20,000 nt of DNA from an uncultured virus (IMG/VR IMGVR_UViG_2882649382_000014) (IMGVR_UViG_2882649382_000014), one strand, 5' to 3'. Shown: positions 1 through 7,224, counted from the stretch's first letter. Numbers and translations: made by a program. The notes: generated by a model not told the origin, from the letters alone.

Positions 1-380
1 TGAAAGAATGGAATAGCCAGACAGGGTTACAAGGGATCATCAAAAAAGCTATGTATTTTGTGCTAATCGGCGTGGCGTTTTTGATTGGTTACGGAATAAA
101 GACCATAGGGACACAGATAAGCCTTGATCTGGATTTTTCTATCTATATTGGTTGGTATGTAACGGCAGTTATGTTAATCAATGAATTTACAAGCATATTA
201 GAAAATCTATATGTTATCATGCCGGAAAAAGTGCCTACATGGTTAGTAAAGGTGTTAAGGGTTACGGATAACAAATTAGATAATACGATCAATGGTATTG
301 TGTGCAAAAATCAGAATTGCGAAATTTGCAGTATCAAAGATCGGTGCAACCACTACAAAACAAAAGAAATGGAGGGCTAA
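1..380 (+). CDS. Phage holin (holin family 4 / toxin-secretion-lysis type), 5' truncated by window edge
   Basis: Frame stays open upstream of ATG 51 (KEWNSQTGLQGIIKKAM...). Two hydrophobic segments, an 'INEFTSILENL...VP.WL' motif typical of Firmicute phage holins, and position directly upstream of an endolysin. Confidence 0.85.
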   Translation, partial: KEWNSQTGLQGIIKKAMYFVLIGVAFLIGYGIKTIGTQISLDLDFSIYIGWYVTAVMLINEFTSILENLYVIMPEKVPTWLVKVLRVTDNKLDNTINGIVCKNQNCEICSIKDRCNHYKTKEMEG

Positions 381-383
381 AAC

Positions 384-1265
384 ATGAGCGTAAAAATCGG
401 ACACGCAAGCATTGACGAACGCGGGAAAGCAAGAGGAGGAGCAGCAGGAGATCAGACCGGCAGGGAGGTTTGCACAAGAAACTGGTATAATAAACCGTGG
501 ATAGCGGTTATTAGACCGAAAAGCAGCACAGCAGCCGAGAAAATCGCAAAAGCTATGGAGGCGGCTTGCGCAAATAACAATATCGGCTACGACCAGAACG
601 AAAGGACGACGCTTTACATAAAGGCAAAGGCTAATAACTGGAATATCGCAGGCATTAAAAGCAAGTGCGAAACAGATTGTAGCGCGTTGGTTGCAGTATG
701 CGTAAACGCAGCCGGAATAAGCGTAAGCAAAGACATATACACCGGGAACGAAAAAAGCGCACTGGTGGCGACCGGGAAATTTACAGCGCACACGGAAAGT
801 AAGTATTTGACGACTGATAATTATTTGAAACGCGGCGACATTTTATTAGCAAGCGGTCATACGGCGGTAGTGTTGAGCAACGGATCCAAAGCAACAGCGG
901 GAGGAAATGCAAATGCAGACGCAAGCGCGCCGGATAAATACAAAGAAATCATTAGATCATTGCAAACGGCATTAAACAGCGAGTATAAAGCAGGTTTGGT
1001 GGTTGACGGAGTACCGGGTAGCAAGACTTTTGGGGCAACGCCAACGCTTAATAAGAAAACAAGGGCGAAGAAACCAAAGACGGTTAAGGCATTGCAGAGC
1101 CTTTTAACCTATTATGGTTATAAATGTGATGTAGACGGAGATTTTTACACAGCCACAGAAAAAATGGTTAAGAGTTTCCAGAGGGAAGTTGTAGGACAGA
1201 AAAACCCGGACGGAGAAGTAACGGCTAAAAATGCCACATGGAAAAAGTTGTTAAAGTTATCATAA
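384..1265 (+). CDS. Phage endolysin: N-terminal Cys/His (NlpC/P60-CHAP superfamily) catalytic domain plus C-terminal peptidoglycan-binding repeats
   Basis: IGYDQ...ETDCSALV...GDILLASGHTAVV catalytic motifs; low-complexity linker; LQTALN...VDGVPG and LQSLL...VDGDFYTATEKMVKSFQ PG-binding-like repeats; RBS GGAGG; follows holin. Confidence 0.88.
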   Translation: MSVKIGHASIDERGKARGGAAGDQTGREVCTRNWYNKPWIAVIRPKSSTAAEKIAKAMEAACANNNIGYDQNERTTLYIKAKANNWNIAGIKSKCETDCSALVAVCVNAAGISVSKDIYTGNEKSALVATGKFTAHTESKYLTTDNYLKRGDILLASGHTAVVLSNGSKATAGGNANADASAPDKYKEIIRSLQTALNSEYKAGLVVDGVPGSKTFGATPTLNKKTRAKKPKTVKALQSLLTYYGYKCDVDGDFYTATEKMVKSFQREVVGQKNPDGEVTAKNATWKKLLKLS

Positions 1266-1284
1266 TCAGAGGAGGTAAAGGAAA

Positions 1285-1551
1285 ATGGCAGCAGCAAAGA
1301 ACGCTACAGCGGCGAAAGAGGCAGCAAAACCGGCAAAGGAGTATAAAGTTACCGGTAAAGGTTTTAAGAGCAAATCAGAGGCAAATACAGAACTTAAAAA
1401 GGTATTTGAAAAAGGTTTTAAGAGTGCCGGGCTTATGGTGCAGGGCAGCGAATTTGTTATATTATTCGGGACATATACCACAGCGCAGATCGCAAAAGCA
1501 AACGCGGCAGCAGTAGAAAAGGCAGGATTTACAGCGACAGTAACAGAGTAA
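1285..1551 (+). CDS. Small SPOR-domain-like protein
   Basis: RBS GGAGGT upstream; YKV.G.GFKSKSEAN...FVILFGTYTTAQIAKANAAAVEKAGFTATV resembles SPOR repeats. Confidence 0.65.
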   Translation: MAAAKNATAAKEAAKPAKEYKVTGKGFKSKSEANTELKKVFEKGFKSAGLMVQGSEFVILFGTYTTAQIAKANAAAVEKAGFTATVTE

Positions 1552-1586
1552 AGGAAATGAAATACAGAAACGAAATTGAAAGAGTA

Positions 1587-1615
1587 GCCGGGGCAGACGC
1601 CCCGGCACTTTTTTT
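1587..1615 (+). terminator. Intrinsic terminator of the lysis module
   Basis: GCCGGGGC-AGAC-GCCCCGGC stem followed by a 7-T run. Confidence 0.9.
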
Positions 1616-1633
1616 ATTGGGAAAATTTATAAA

Positions 1634-1679
1634 ATATTACAGAATATGTATTGACATATTACAGAATATGTTATAAAAT
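1634..1679 (+). promoter_or_regulatory. Sigma-A promoter with two operator-like repeats
   Basis: TTGACA (1651-1656), 17 bp, TAAAAT (1674-1679); 16-bp direct repeat ATATTACAGAATATGT at 1634-1649 and 1656-1671, each quasi-palindromic. Confidence 0.8.
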
Positions 1680-1723
1680 AATAATGTAATCAGTTAAGGG
1701 GCTACACCGTAAAGGAGTAGCAA

Positions 1724-1849
1724 ATGATAATAATAAAAGTGCTTTTGGAAATAGCCATTGTAACAGTGACAATCTTAGAAGTGATAAAGGAAATTAAAAA
1801 AGGGGCTGACACCGACCAAGACGACAACCCCAAAGACCGTAAAGAGTAA
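1724..1849 (+). CDS. 41-aa hydrophobic peptide, candidate type I toxin (not in ORF track)
   Basis: RBS AAAGGAG at 1711-1717; MIIIKVLLEIAIVTVTILEVIKEIKKGADTDQDDNPKDRKE: hydrophobic N-terminus, charged C-terminus. Confidence 0.7.
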   Translation: MIIIKVLLEIAIVTVTILEVIKEIKKGADTDQDDNPKDRKE

Positions 1850-1879
1850 CTTGTAAACCAAGCCCCTTAACTTGGTTAC

Positions 1880-1908
1880 ACTTTATCACAGAAAGATAAT
1901 AAAGTCAA
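1880..1908 (-). promoter_or_regulatory. Antisense sigma-A promoter (candidate antitoxin RNA promoter)
   Basis: Minus strand TTGACT (1908-1903), 17 bp, TAAAGT (1885-1880) with extended -10 TG; fires into the 3' end of the 41-aa ORF. Confidence 0.65.
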
Positions 1909-1925
1909 GACAGGAGGTTTTGGAA

Positions 1926-2117
1926 ATGAGGACGAGCAAAGACGGAAAGGAATTTAATCAGATTGCCTACCAGAATGACTATAAACGAGAAAAGTATGAT
2001 CGTATGGAATTGCTACTACCAAAGGGGAGAAAAGAAATATTGAAGAAAAAAGCAAAAGCAGCGGGGGTAAGTATGAGCGAATATATAAATAGCTTATTGG
2101 AAAAAGAATTAGGGTAA
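1926..2117 (+). CDS. Ribbon-helix-helix (Arc/CopG-like) DNA-binding protein
   Basis: RBS CAGGAGG at 1911 favours ATG 1926; YDRMELLLPKGRKEILKKKAKAAGVSMSEYINSLLEKEL is an RHH pattern. Confidence 0.8.
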   Translation: MRTSKDGKEFNQIAYQNDYKREKYDRMELLLPKGRKEILKKKAKAAGVSMSEYINSLLEKELG

Positions 2118-2140
2118 ATTTGCACATGATACAACGCCAT

Positions 2141-2187
2141 AGAAAACGCCGCAGGCTACCGAAATGGGATAGCCTACGGCGTTTTCT
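2141..2187. terminator. Long hairpin (terminator/attenuator-like) just upstream of the transposase RBS
   Basis: AGAAAACGCCGCAGGCTA (2141-2158) pairs with TAGCCTACGGCGTTTTCT (2170-2187), one mismatch. Confidence 0.6.
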
Positions 2188-2206
2188 TGTGAGAGGAGGG
2201 TACACA

Positions 2207-3238
2207 ATGAGAACATTCAAGCAATTAACATTTAACGACCGCTTGAAAATAGAGGTATTATTAAAGGCGGGGCATAAGAAAAAGGAAATAGCGGATATTC
2301 TAAGCGTTCATATAAGCACTATATATAGAGAAATTAAGCGGGGGAGGTTTGAGGCGTTAAATTCTGATTACACAACAGAGGAAAGATACAGCCCGGATAT
2401 TGCACAGAAAAAGAAAAACGAGGCGTTAGCTGCTAAAGGCGCAGATATTAAAATAGGTAAAGAAAGAGAATTTGCAGACCGCATAGAGGAAATTATAATA
2501 AATGACGGCTACAGCCCGGCAGCAGCATTGGCAAAAGTAAAGGAGGAGGGCTACACATTTTCGATATGCGTAACCACGTTATACAGCTATATTGATAAAG
2601 GAGTATTCCTTAATTTAACAAACAAGCAGCTACCAGTAAAAAGAAAAGGAGAAAAGAGAGCCTACAGAAGAACGACAGCAAAGAGGGCAAGCAAAGGCGA
2701 AAGCATAGAAAAAAGACCAGAGGAAATAAACGAGCGTGAGGAGTTCGGACATTGGGAAATGGATACCGTAGTAGGGAAAAGAGGCGTTTCAAAAAAATCT
2801 CTTTTGGTACTCACAGAACGAAAAACACGAAAAGAAATTATTATGCTACTTAAAGAACATACGGCAGCAGCAGTGGTTAAAGCATTGGATCGACTGGAAA
2901 GAAGATTAGGGGCGAAATTTCGGGAAATATTTAAGAGCATAACCGTAGATAACGGATCAGAGTTTGCAGACTATGAGGGAATGAAACGATCCCGCAGGGG
3001 AAAGAAAGACCGTACAAGGATATATTATTGCCATCCCTACAGCAGTTGGGAGCGTGGGAGCAACGAAAATCAAAATAAGTTAGTCCGGCGGCATATCCCC
3101 AAAGGGACAGATTTTGACGATAAGACGCAAAGAGAAGTTGAAAAAATAGAGGAGTGGATCAATAATTACCCACGCCGCATATTTGATTACAGAACATCAG
3201 AACAGTTATTCGAGGAGGAGTTAAGAAAAGCGGCATAA
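2207..3238 (+). CDS. IS30-family DDE transposase
   Basis: RBS GAGGAGG, ATG 2207; N-terminal HTH (KQLT..DR..I...HISTIYREIKRG); FGHWEMDTVVG, LTERKTR, SITVDNGSEF, YCHPYSSWERGSNENQNKLVRR, INNYPRRIF are IS30 signatures. Confidence 0.95.
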   Translation: MRTFKQLTFNDRLKIEVLLKAGHKKKEIADILSVHISTIYREIKRGRFEALNSDYTTEERYSPDIAQKKKNEALAAKGADIKIGKEREFADRIEEIIINDGYSPAAALAKVKEEGYTFSICVTTLYSYIDKGVFLNLTNKQLPVKRKGEKRAYRRTTAKRASKGESIEKRPEEINEREEFGHWEMDTVVGKRGVSKKSLLVLTERKTRKEIIMLLKEHTAAAVVKALDRLERRLGAKFREIFKSITVDNGSEFADYEGMKRSRRGKKDRTRIYYCHPYSSWERGSNENQNKLVRRHIPKGTDFDDKTQREVEKIEEWINNYPRRIFDYRTSEQLFEEELRKAA

Positions 3239-3356
3239 GTACATTAACCGGCAGCAGAAAGGCAGCAGGCTTTATTTATTTTACTCATTTGTGCAAAATT
3301 AACAATAAAACAGCTCTATATATTGTGCAAAATGCTAAAAGTGCAAATTTGTAAAT

Positions 3357-3385
3357 TTTTTTCGCATTTAATGTTGACTTTTTCA
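3357..3385 (-). mobile_element. Probable IS30-type right terminal inverted repeat, putative prophage boundary
   Basis: Reverse complement TGAAAAAGTCAACATTAAATGCGAAAAAA starts with TG, resembles Firmicute IS30 IRs and contains an outward TTGACT (3374-3379); subterminal TTGTGCAAAAT repeats at 3289 and 3323. Confidence 0.6.
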
Positions 3386-3409
3386 GTGTAGCGCATGGAG
3401 GAGAATTTA

Positions 3410-3438
3410 TTGTAAAAATGACGGAAATGGATTATAAT
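3410..3438 (+). promoter_or_regulatory. Sigma-A promoter for 3494 onward
   Basis: TTGTAA (3410-3415), 17 bp, TATAAT (3433-3438). Confidence 0.6.
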
Positions 3439-3493
3439 AAATTCAGAAAGCAATTCTGATCCAAATGCAATGAGAGGATAGGGGACGGATATA

Positions 3494-3736
3494 ATGACAG
3501 TTATGAAAGAAAAATCCGTTGATATTATCAGCCGTATGCCTGAAGATAAAGTATATCATGCATTGCAGCCTCTTGAGGGGATTGAGGGACTAACTTGTAA
3601 AAATTCAGAAACGGATTCTATGGATATATCTGTAAATAAAAGCTCTGGAAGGAAGCTTGGCCCATTAGCCGGAGGGCTTATTTTCATGGCGGACGATTTT
3701 GACGAAACGCCGGATTGCTTTAAAGAGTACATGTGA
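3494..3736 (+). CDS. DUF2281-like small protein (antitoxin-like)
   Basis: C-terminal RKLGPLAGGLIFMADDFDETPDCFKEYM matches the R..G...G.....DDFD.P...F.EYM pattern. Confidence 0.65.
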   Translation: MTVMKEKSVDIISRMPEDKVYHALQPLEGIEGLTCKNSETDSMDISVNKSSGRKLGPLAGGLIFMADDFDETPDCFKEYM

Positions 3737-3764
3737 CGGGATTATTTAAAGGGAGCGAATCACC

Positions 3765-3979
3765 ATGTCAGTAACATTAGAGGAAAAGGTGATAAAAAAA
3801 GTAGCTGGTTTATCAGACGATAACCTTATGTTTCTTAGCGATGTGACAGATAAATTTATGGAATCACCGAAAGTGGAAAACACATCTAAGAGAATTGGCG
3901 TTGCAGAAGGTAAATTTGTGTACCGGATGATTTTGACATCTGCAATGATAAAACTGCGGAAATGTTTGGAACAGGATGA
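3765..3979 (+). pseudogene. Second DUF2281-like gene with a frameshift near 3920
   Basis: ...KRIGVAEGKFV continues in the -1 frame as VPDDFDICNDKTAEMFGTG* (stop 3977-3979), restoring the DDFD motif. Confidence 0.65.
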
Positions 3980-4044
3980 TGATGGAAGTCTGACTGATTT
4001 CCCTACTGCCAGACTGGAAAAATATTGCGAAAGGATAAAAGGAC

Positions 4045-4983
4045 ATGCAGAAAAAGACGCCTGATTACGATAATGTGTTTAAGACCATGAAGAGTAAACA
4101 CAAGAGATTATTCATATCCGTAATCAATGACATTTTTGATAAAGAATATCCGTTGGATGCAAAAGTAGAGGTTTTGCCGTCAGAAGGGTACCTGACTGAG
4201 AGTGAAACGGCAGACGGAAGCAAAGAAATAGAGGAGCAGATTTCAGATTTTCTGATTAAAATCGGAAGTGAAGTTTACTTATTGGAATGCCAGAGTTATG
4301 ATGATGGCTCCATGGCGATCCGGATTGCGGAATATGCTTTCATTGTTGCCAGGCAGTTCGCAACGTGGGATATCGGGCATGCGACCATTCCCATGCCGAG
4401 GTTTTCCGTAATCTATGTTAAGCGGACGGAAAGAACACCGAAAAACACAACTATTACTTTCAAATTTCCAGATGGACAGGAAGTAAATTATGACTCAGAA
4501 AACGTAATCATTGAGGAATTTACAAAGGAATATATTGTGGAAAAAAGGCTGTTCCCTTACATTCCGTTTTATATTGCAAGATACGAGAAGGAAATTGCAT
4601 CTGAAGGAAATATAGAAAATGCGGTAAGCGACCTGGAATATTTCAGGGATGAAATGATCCGCTTATATCAGACGGGGGAACTGTCTGATGAAGAACTGTT
4701 AGACTTAATGGGATTTGTAAACACCATTATTACGCATATCGCAAATGGAAATAAAAATGAAGAAAGGCTGGTGAATGTTATGGGAGGAACCGTAATTGAG
4801 ACTGAATCAGAGAGACTGCGCCGTGAAGGAATAAGTCAGGGTGAGGCCAAGATGCTTATAAAGATGGGAAAAAAAGATGGTCTTGACGATGAAACAATTT
4901 TGAAAAGGATGCAGGAATGGATAGGTTTGTCCTTAGAACAGGCAGCCGTTTATTTAGAGCAGTACGGAAAGCAGCCCATATAG
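4045..4983 (+). CDS. Rpn/YhgA-like PD-(D/E)XK nuclease family protein
   Basis: YDNVFKT N-terminus, ISDFLIKI...YLLECQS...MAIRIAEY nuclease motif, C-terminal ETESERLRREGISQG tail typical of the Rpn family. Confidence 0.8.
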   Translation: MQKKTPDYDNVFKTMKSKHKRLFISVINDIFDKEYPLDAKVEVLPSEGYLTESETADGSKEIEEQISDFLIKIGSEVYLLECQSYDDGSMAIRIAEYAFIVARQFATWDIGHATIPMPRFSVIYVKRTERTPKNTTITFKFPDGQEVNYDSENVIIEEFTKEYIVEKRLFPYIPFYIARYEKEIASEGNIENAVSDLEYFRDEMIRLYQTGELSDEELLDLMGFVNTIITHIANGNKNEERLVNVMGGTVIETESERLRREGISQGEAKMLIKMGKKDGLDDETILKRMQEWIGLSLEQAAVYLEQYGKQPI

Positions 4984-5042
4984 ATTTATGAAGATGGGCA
5001 ATAATGCCATATAAAAATAAGATAAACAACGAAATGGCCGTG

Positions 5043-5083
5043 AGGGTATTCTATCTCTATTTTGGATGGAATGCCCTTATTTT
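5043..5083 (+). terminator. Hairpin with T-rich tail (copy 1 of a repeated intergenic motif)
   Basis: AGGGTATTCTATC / GATGGAATGCCCT stem followed by TATTTT. Confidence 0.5.
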
Positions 5084-5172
5084 ACGTTCAAAATGGAGAA
5101 GGAGAACAAAAAGATTGGAGAAATATCATGCTTTTTGATAGCAGCTCAAAATGAAAGGAGGTCAGACAGTCT

Positions 5173-5409
5173 ATGAAAAACGGAAAAGAAGGATGGTGGA
5201 AAAGATTTTGCAGATTTCGGAAATCCAAAAAGAAGGGAAAAGAACCATCAAATCGGATGGATGAAATTTCAAGCCTAACTGATTCAGACGAAAAATCTGA
5301 ATATATATTCACAGATTCGGATGGTAATGTAATCGTGCCAAATGGTAGGAAGACGATGGAGATTATGCATCCAGGTTATAAAGAACACTTAAAAGAGGAA
5401 GGTTTTTGA
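5173..5409 (+). CDS. Hypothetical protein
   Basis: Strong RBS AAAGGAGGT; 78 aa; no family recognised. Confidence 0.6.
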   Translation: MKNGKEGWWKRFCRFRKSKKKGKEPSNRMDEISSLTDSDEKSEYIFTDSDGNVIVPNGRKTMEIMHPGYKEHLKEEGF

Positions 5410-5430
5410 TTATTATTGAAAACATATCTG

Positions 5431-5468
5431 GGGCATTCCATGAAGCTATATGGGATGCCCTGATTTTA
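5431..5468 (+). terminator. Hairpin with T-rich tail (copy 2)
   Basis: GGGCATTCCAT / ATGGGATGCCC followed by TGATTTTA. Confidence 0.5.
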
Positions 5469-5496
5469 TGCAGAAATCAAAAGGAAGGAGATTTAT

Positions 5497-5736
5497 ATGT
5501 GTGATTCTAAGGTGCTGTATTTGAAATTTGTAGGAATGGATTCGTGGGACAGGCCTGCGTATAAGGATGATGGTGGAACGCTATGGAAAGATGTAGATCC
5601 GAGAGCAGGAATAAAACCGAATTTATGTACTTCGGTAAATAATGAATTTGACGGTGAGCCGGACACAGACATGAAGTATTTGGAGAAATACCGGGGTGTG
5701 GCGGTTGCCTTTGAGCCGGAACGAATTGTGTGGTAA
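5497..5736 (+). CDS. Hypothetical protein (mobile-element type)
   Basis: RBS GAAGGAG; GMDSWDRPAYKD...LWKDVDP...FDGEPD looks like a conserved small protein of clostridial mobile elements. Confidence 0.7.
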   Translation: MCDSKVLYLKFVGMDSWDRPAYKDDGGTLWKDVDPRAGIKPNLCTSVNNEFDGEPDTDMKYLEKYRGVAVAFEPERIVW

Positions 5737-5755
5737 TAGGAAGGAGGATGCGGAC

Positions 5756-6394
5756 ATGGCAAGGAAAAGACCGATGACAACGGAAGAACTTTTCAACAGG
5801 ATAAATGGTATTTTGAAGGAGAAGGGCAGGCTGCCGGATATTCTGGATTACGGACTGGCAACGCACAGTCCTGTACCAATCACAAACTATGAGTATGGAT
5901 TGAAAAATAAGCTTGATTACGGAGGAAATGAAGGGCGCACAACGTCCGGTGGACGTTGGCTTTGCGCGGACCGAAGCGGAGCGGAGACCTATCTGGATAT
6001 GTGGATTGAATATACTGCAGACGGGAAAAGATGCGTAAGTGGTCTTGGTACTTTCAAGACTTTGCGGACGGATGACAAGGCTATGCATATTATGGCAGCC
6101 CTGTTAGCGGATTTCATCATAGAGGAGTATGCTTATGTCAACGCGAATTTAGATGACTTCACATGGGGCGCACGGCATCCGGGGGATGTCGGTTCTGCGC
6201 CGACCGGAGTGGAACGGAGAGGCGTAGATGTCCATGTGATTGAGGAATCAGGGGAGAAAAGCAAATGGGGATATTCCTGCGGGACAATGAAAGCGGCTCT
6301 GAAAAGAAAGGACGAACTGCTGATGAAATACAACAAAGTCATTGTCAGGGATAATGCGACAAGGAAAGAAAGAATCTATGAGAACGGGGGATGA
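5756..6394 (+). CDS. Hypothetical protein carrying two in-frame palindromic-repeat insertions
   Basis: RBS AAGGAGG favours ATG 5756; repeat-derived peptides RTTSGGRWLCADRSGAE and GARHPGDVGSAPTGVER. Confidence 0.75.
   Translation: MARKRPMTTEELFNRINGILKEKGRLPDILDYGLATHSPVPITNYEYGLKNKLDYGGNEGRTTSGGRWLCADRSGAETYLDMWIEYTADGKRCVSGLGTFKTLRTDDKAMHIMAALLADFIIEEYAYVNANLDDFTWGARHPGDVGSAPTGVERRGVDVHVIEESGEKSKWGYSCGTMKAALKRKDELLMKYNKVIVRDNATRKERIYENGG
5933..5988 (+). repeat. ~55-bp palindromic repeat, copy 1 (intragenic)
   Basis: GCGCA-CAACGTCC-GGT-GGACGTTG-GCTT-TGCGC-GGACCGAAGCGGAGCGGAGAC. Confidence 0.85.
6166..6220 (+). repeat. ~55-bp palindromic repeat, copy 2 (intragenic)
   Basis: GGCGCA-CGGCATCC-GGG-GGATGTCG-GTTC-TGCGCC-GACCGGAGTGGAACGGAGA. 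Confidence 0.85.
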
Positions 6395-6883
6395 ATATGT
6401 CTGTAAAAACGCATAAAAATACTACAAAAATAGACTGCAGGTGGGCAATCGGGCTACTCTTTGCGGAAGGGATTGCCTATGTTACTAAAATAGAGAACTA
6501 CCCCAAAAAATGTTTTTATTGGGAATCAGGAAAAGAGCTTCTCTATTTTGAAAGCAAGAGAGCTGCGGATGATTATGCTTTTGGCATGGAATATGTAACG
6601 GACGTGATACCGACGCCCGATTTTGTGGAAGTGCATGGAAGGGCTGGCGGTGATGATCTCTGTTTCCGTGTTTATCTATGAATTCTTCCAATATGCGGAA
6701 AATATTGAGAAGGAACATATAAATGCGTGCCTTATGTATGAGAATGTTATTGAGACACTCTACCAGCTCTACATAAAGTATGAGTACCTCAGATACAGCA
6801 GATGGGAGGATATCGAAGAAATGCACAGTGCACTGTTAGAAGAACAGAAGAAGTATGCGGAAACTGCAGAGTGCAGGAAATAA
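6391..6883 (+). pseudogene. Overlapping, probably fragmented hypothetical ORFs (6391-6681 and ~6650-6883)
   Basis: Two overlapping ORFs in different frames, the second lacking a clear RBS; looks like a deletion mosaic of mobile-element genes. Confidence 0.4.
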
Positions 6884-6897
6884 GCGGGGGTAATGGG

Positions 6898-7125
6898 ATG
6901 GGATGTTTAAAAGAAATCATTGATAACGAATTTTCAGCCGTTGTAATCGGTGTGATGAACTTTAAGCTTGACAGCATAAGCACATTGGCAGCAGAGCACA
7001 TGGATGCAAAGACGTATAAAGAGATTGACGGCGAAATGTCAAACCGCCTTGTGGAAATGTCAAAGGAGTTTTTCACGCAGGGCTTCCTTCGTGGTGTGGC
7101 TGCGGCGAAGGGCGGCGCTGTGTAG
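6898..7125 (+). CDS. Hypothetical small helical protein
   Basis: GGGGG RBS-like run before ATG 6898; ends in FFTQGFLRGVAAAK, a motif common in small clostridial mobile-element proteins. Confidence 0.55.
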   Translation: MGCLKEIIDNEFSAVVIGVMNFKLDSISTLAAEHMDAKTYKEIDGEMSNRLVEMSKEFFTQGFLRGVAAAKGGAV

Positions 7126-7204
7126 GGGCATAGCCGCATGGACTTATGGATATAAGATATGACCATGCCAAACCCCTTGATTTTCCGCAGTTATTCAAAT
7201 CACA

Positions 7205-7224
7205 TCAAAACTATTAAGTTTTGA
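7205..7224. promoter_or_regulatory. Palindrome, probable res site of the adjacent resolvase
   Basis: TCAAAACT-ATTA-AGTTTTGA about 100 bp upstream of a serine recombinase. Confidence 0.55.

Noticed and set aside
1895..2130. Left IR of a stand-alone IS30 element
   Set aside because: Only an 8-bp match (AAAGTCAA, 1901-1908, explained as the antisense -35) and a short ATTTGCACA (2118-2126) were found; neither matches the terminal IR.
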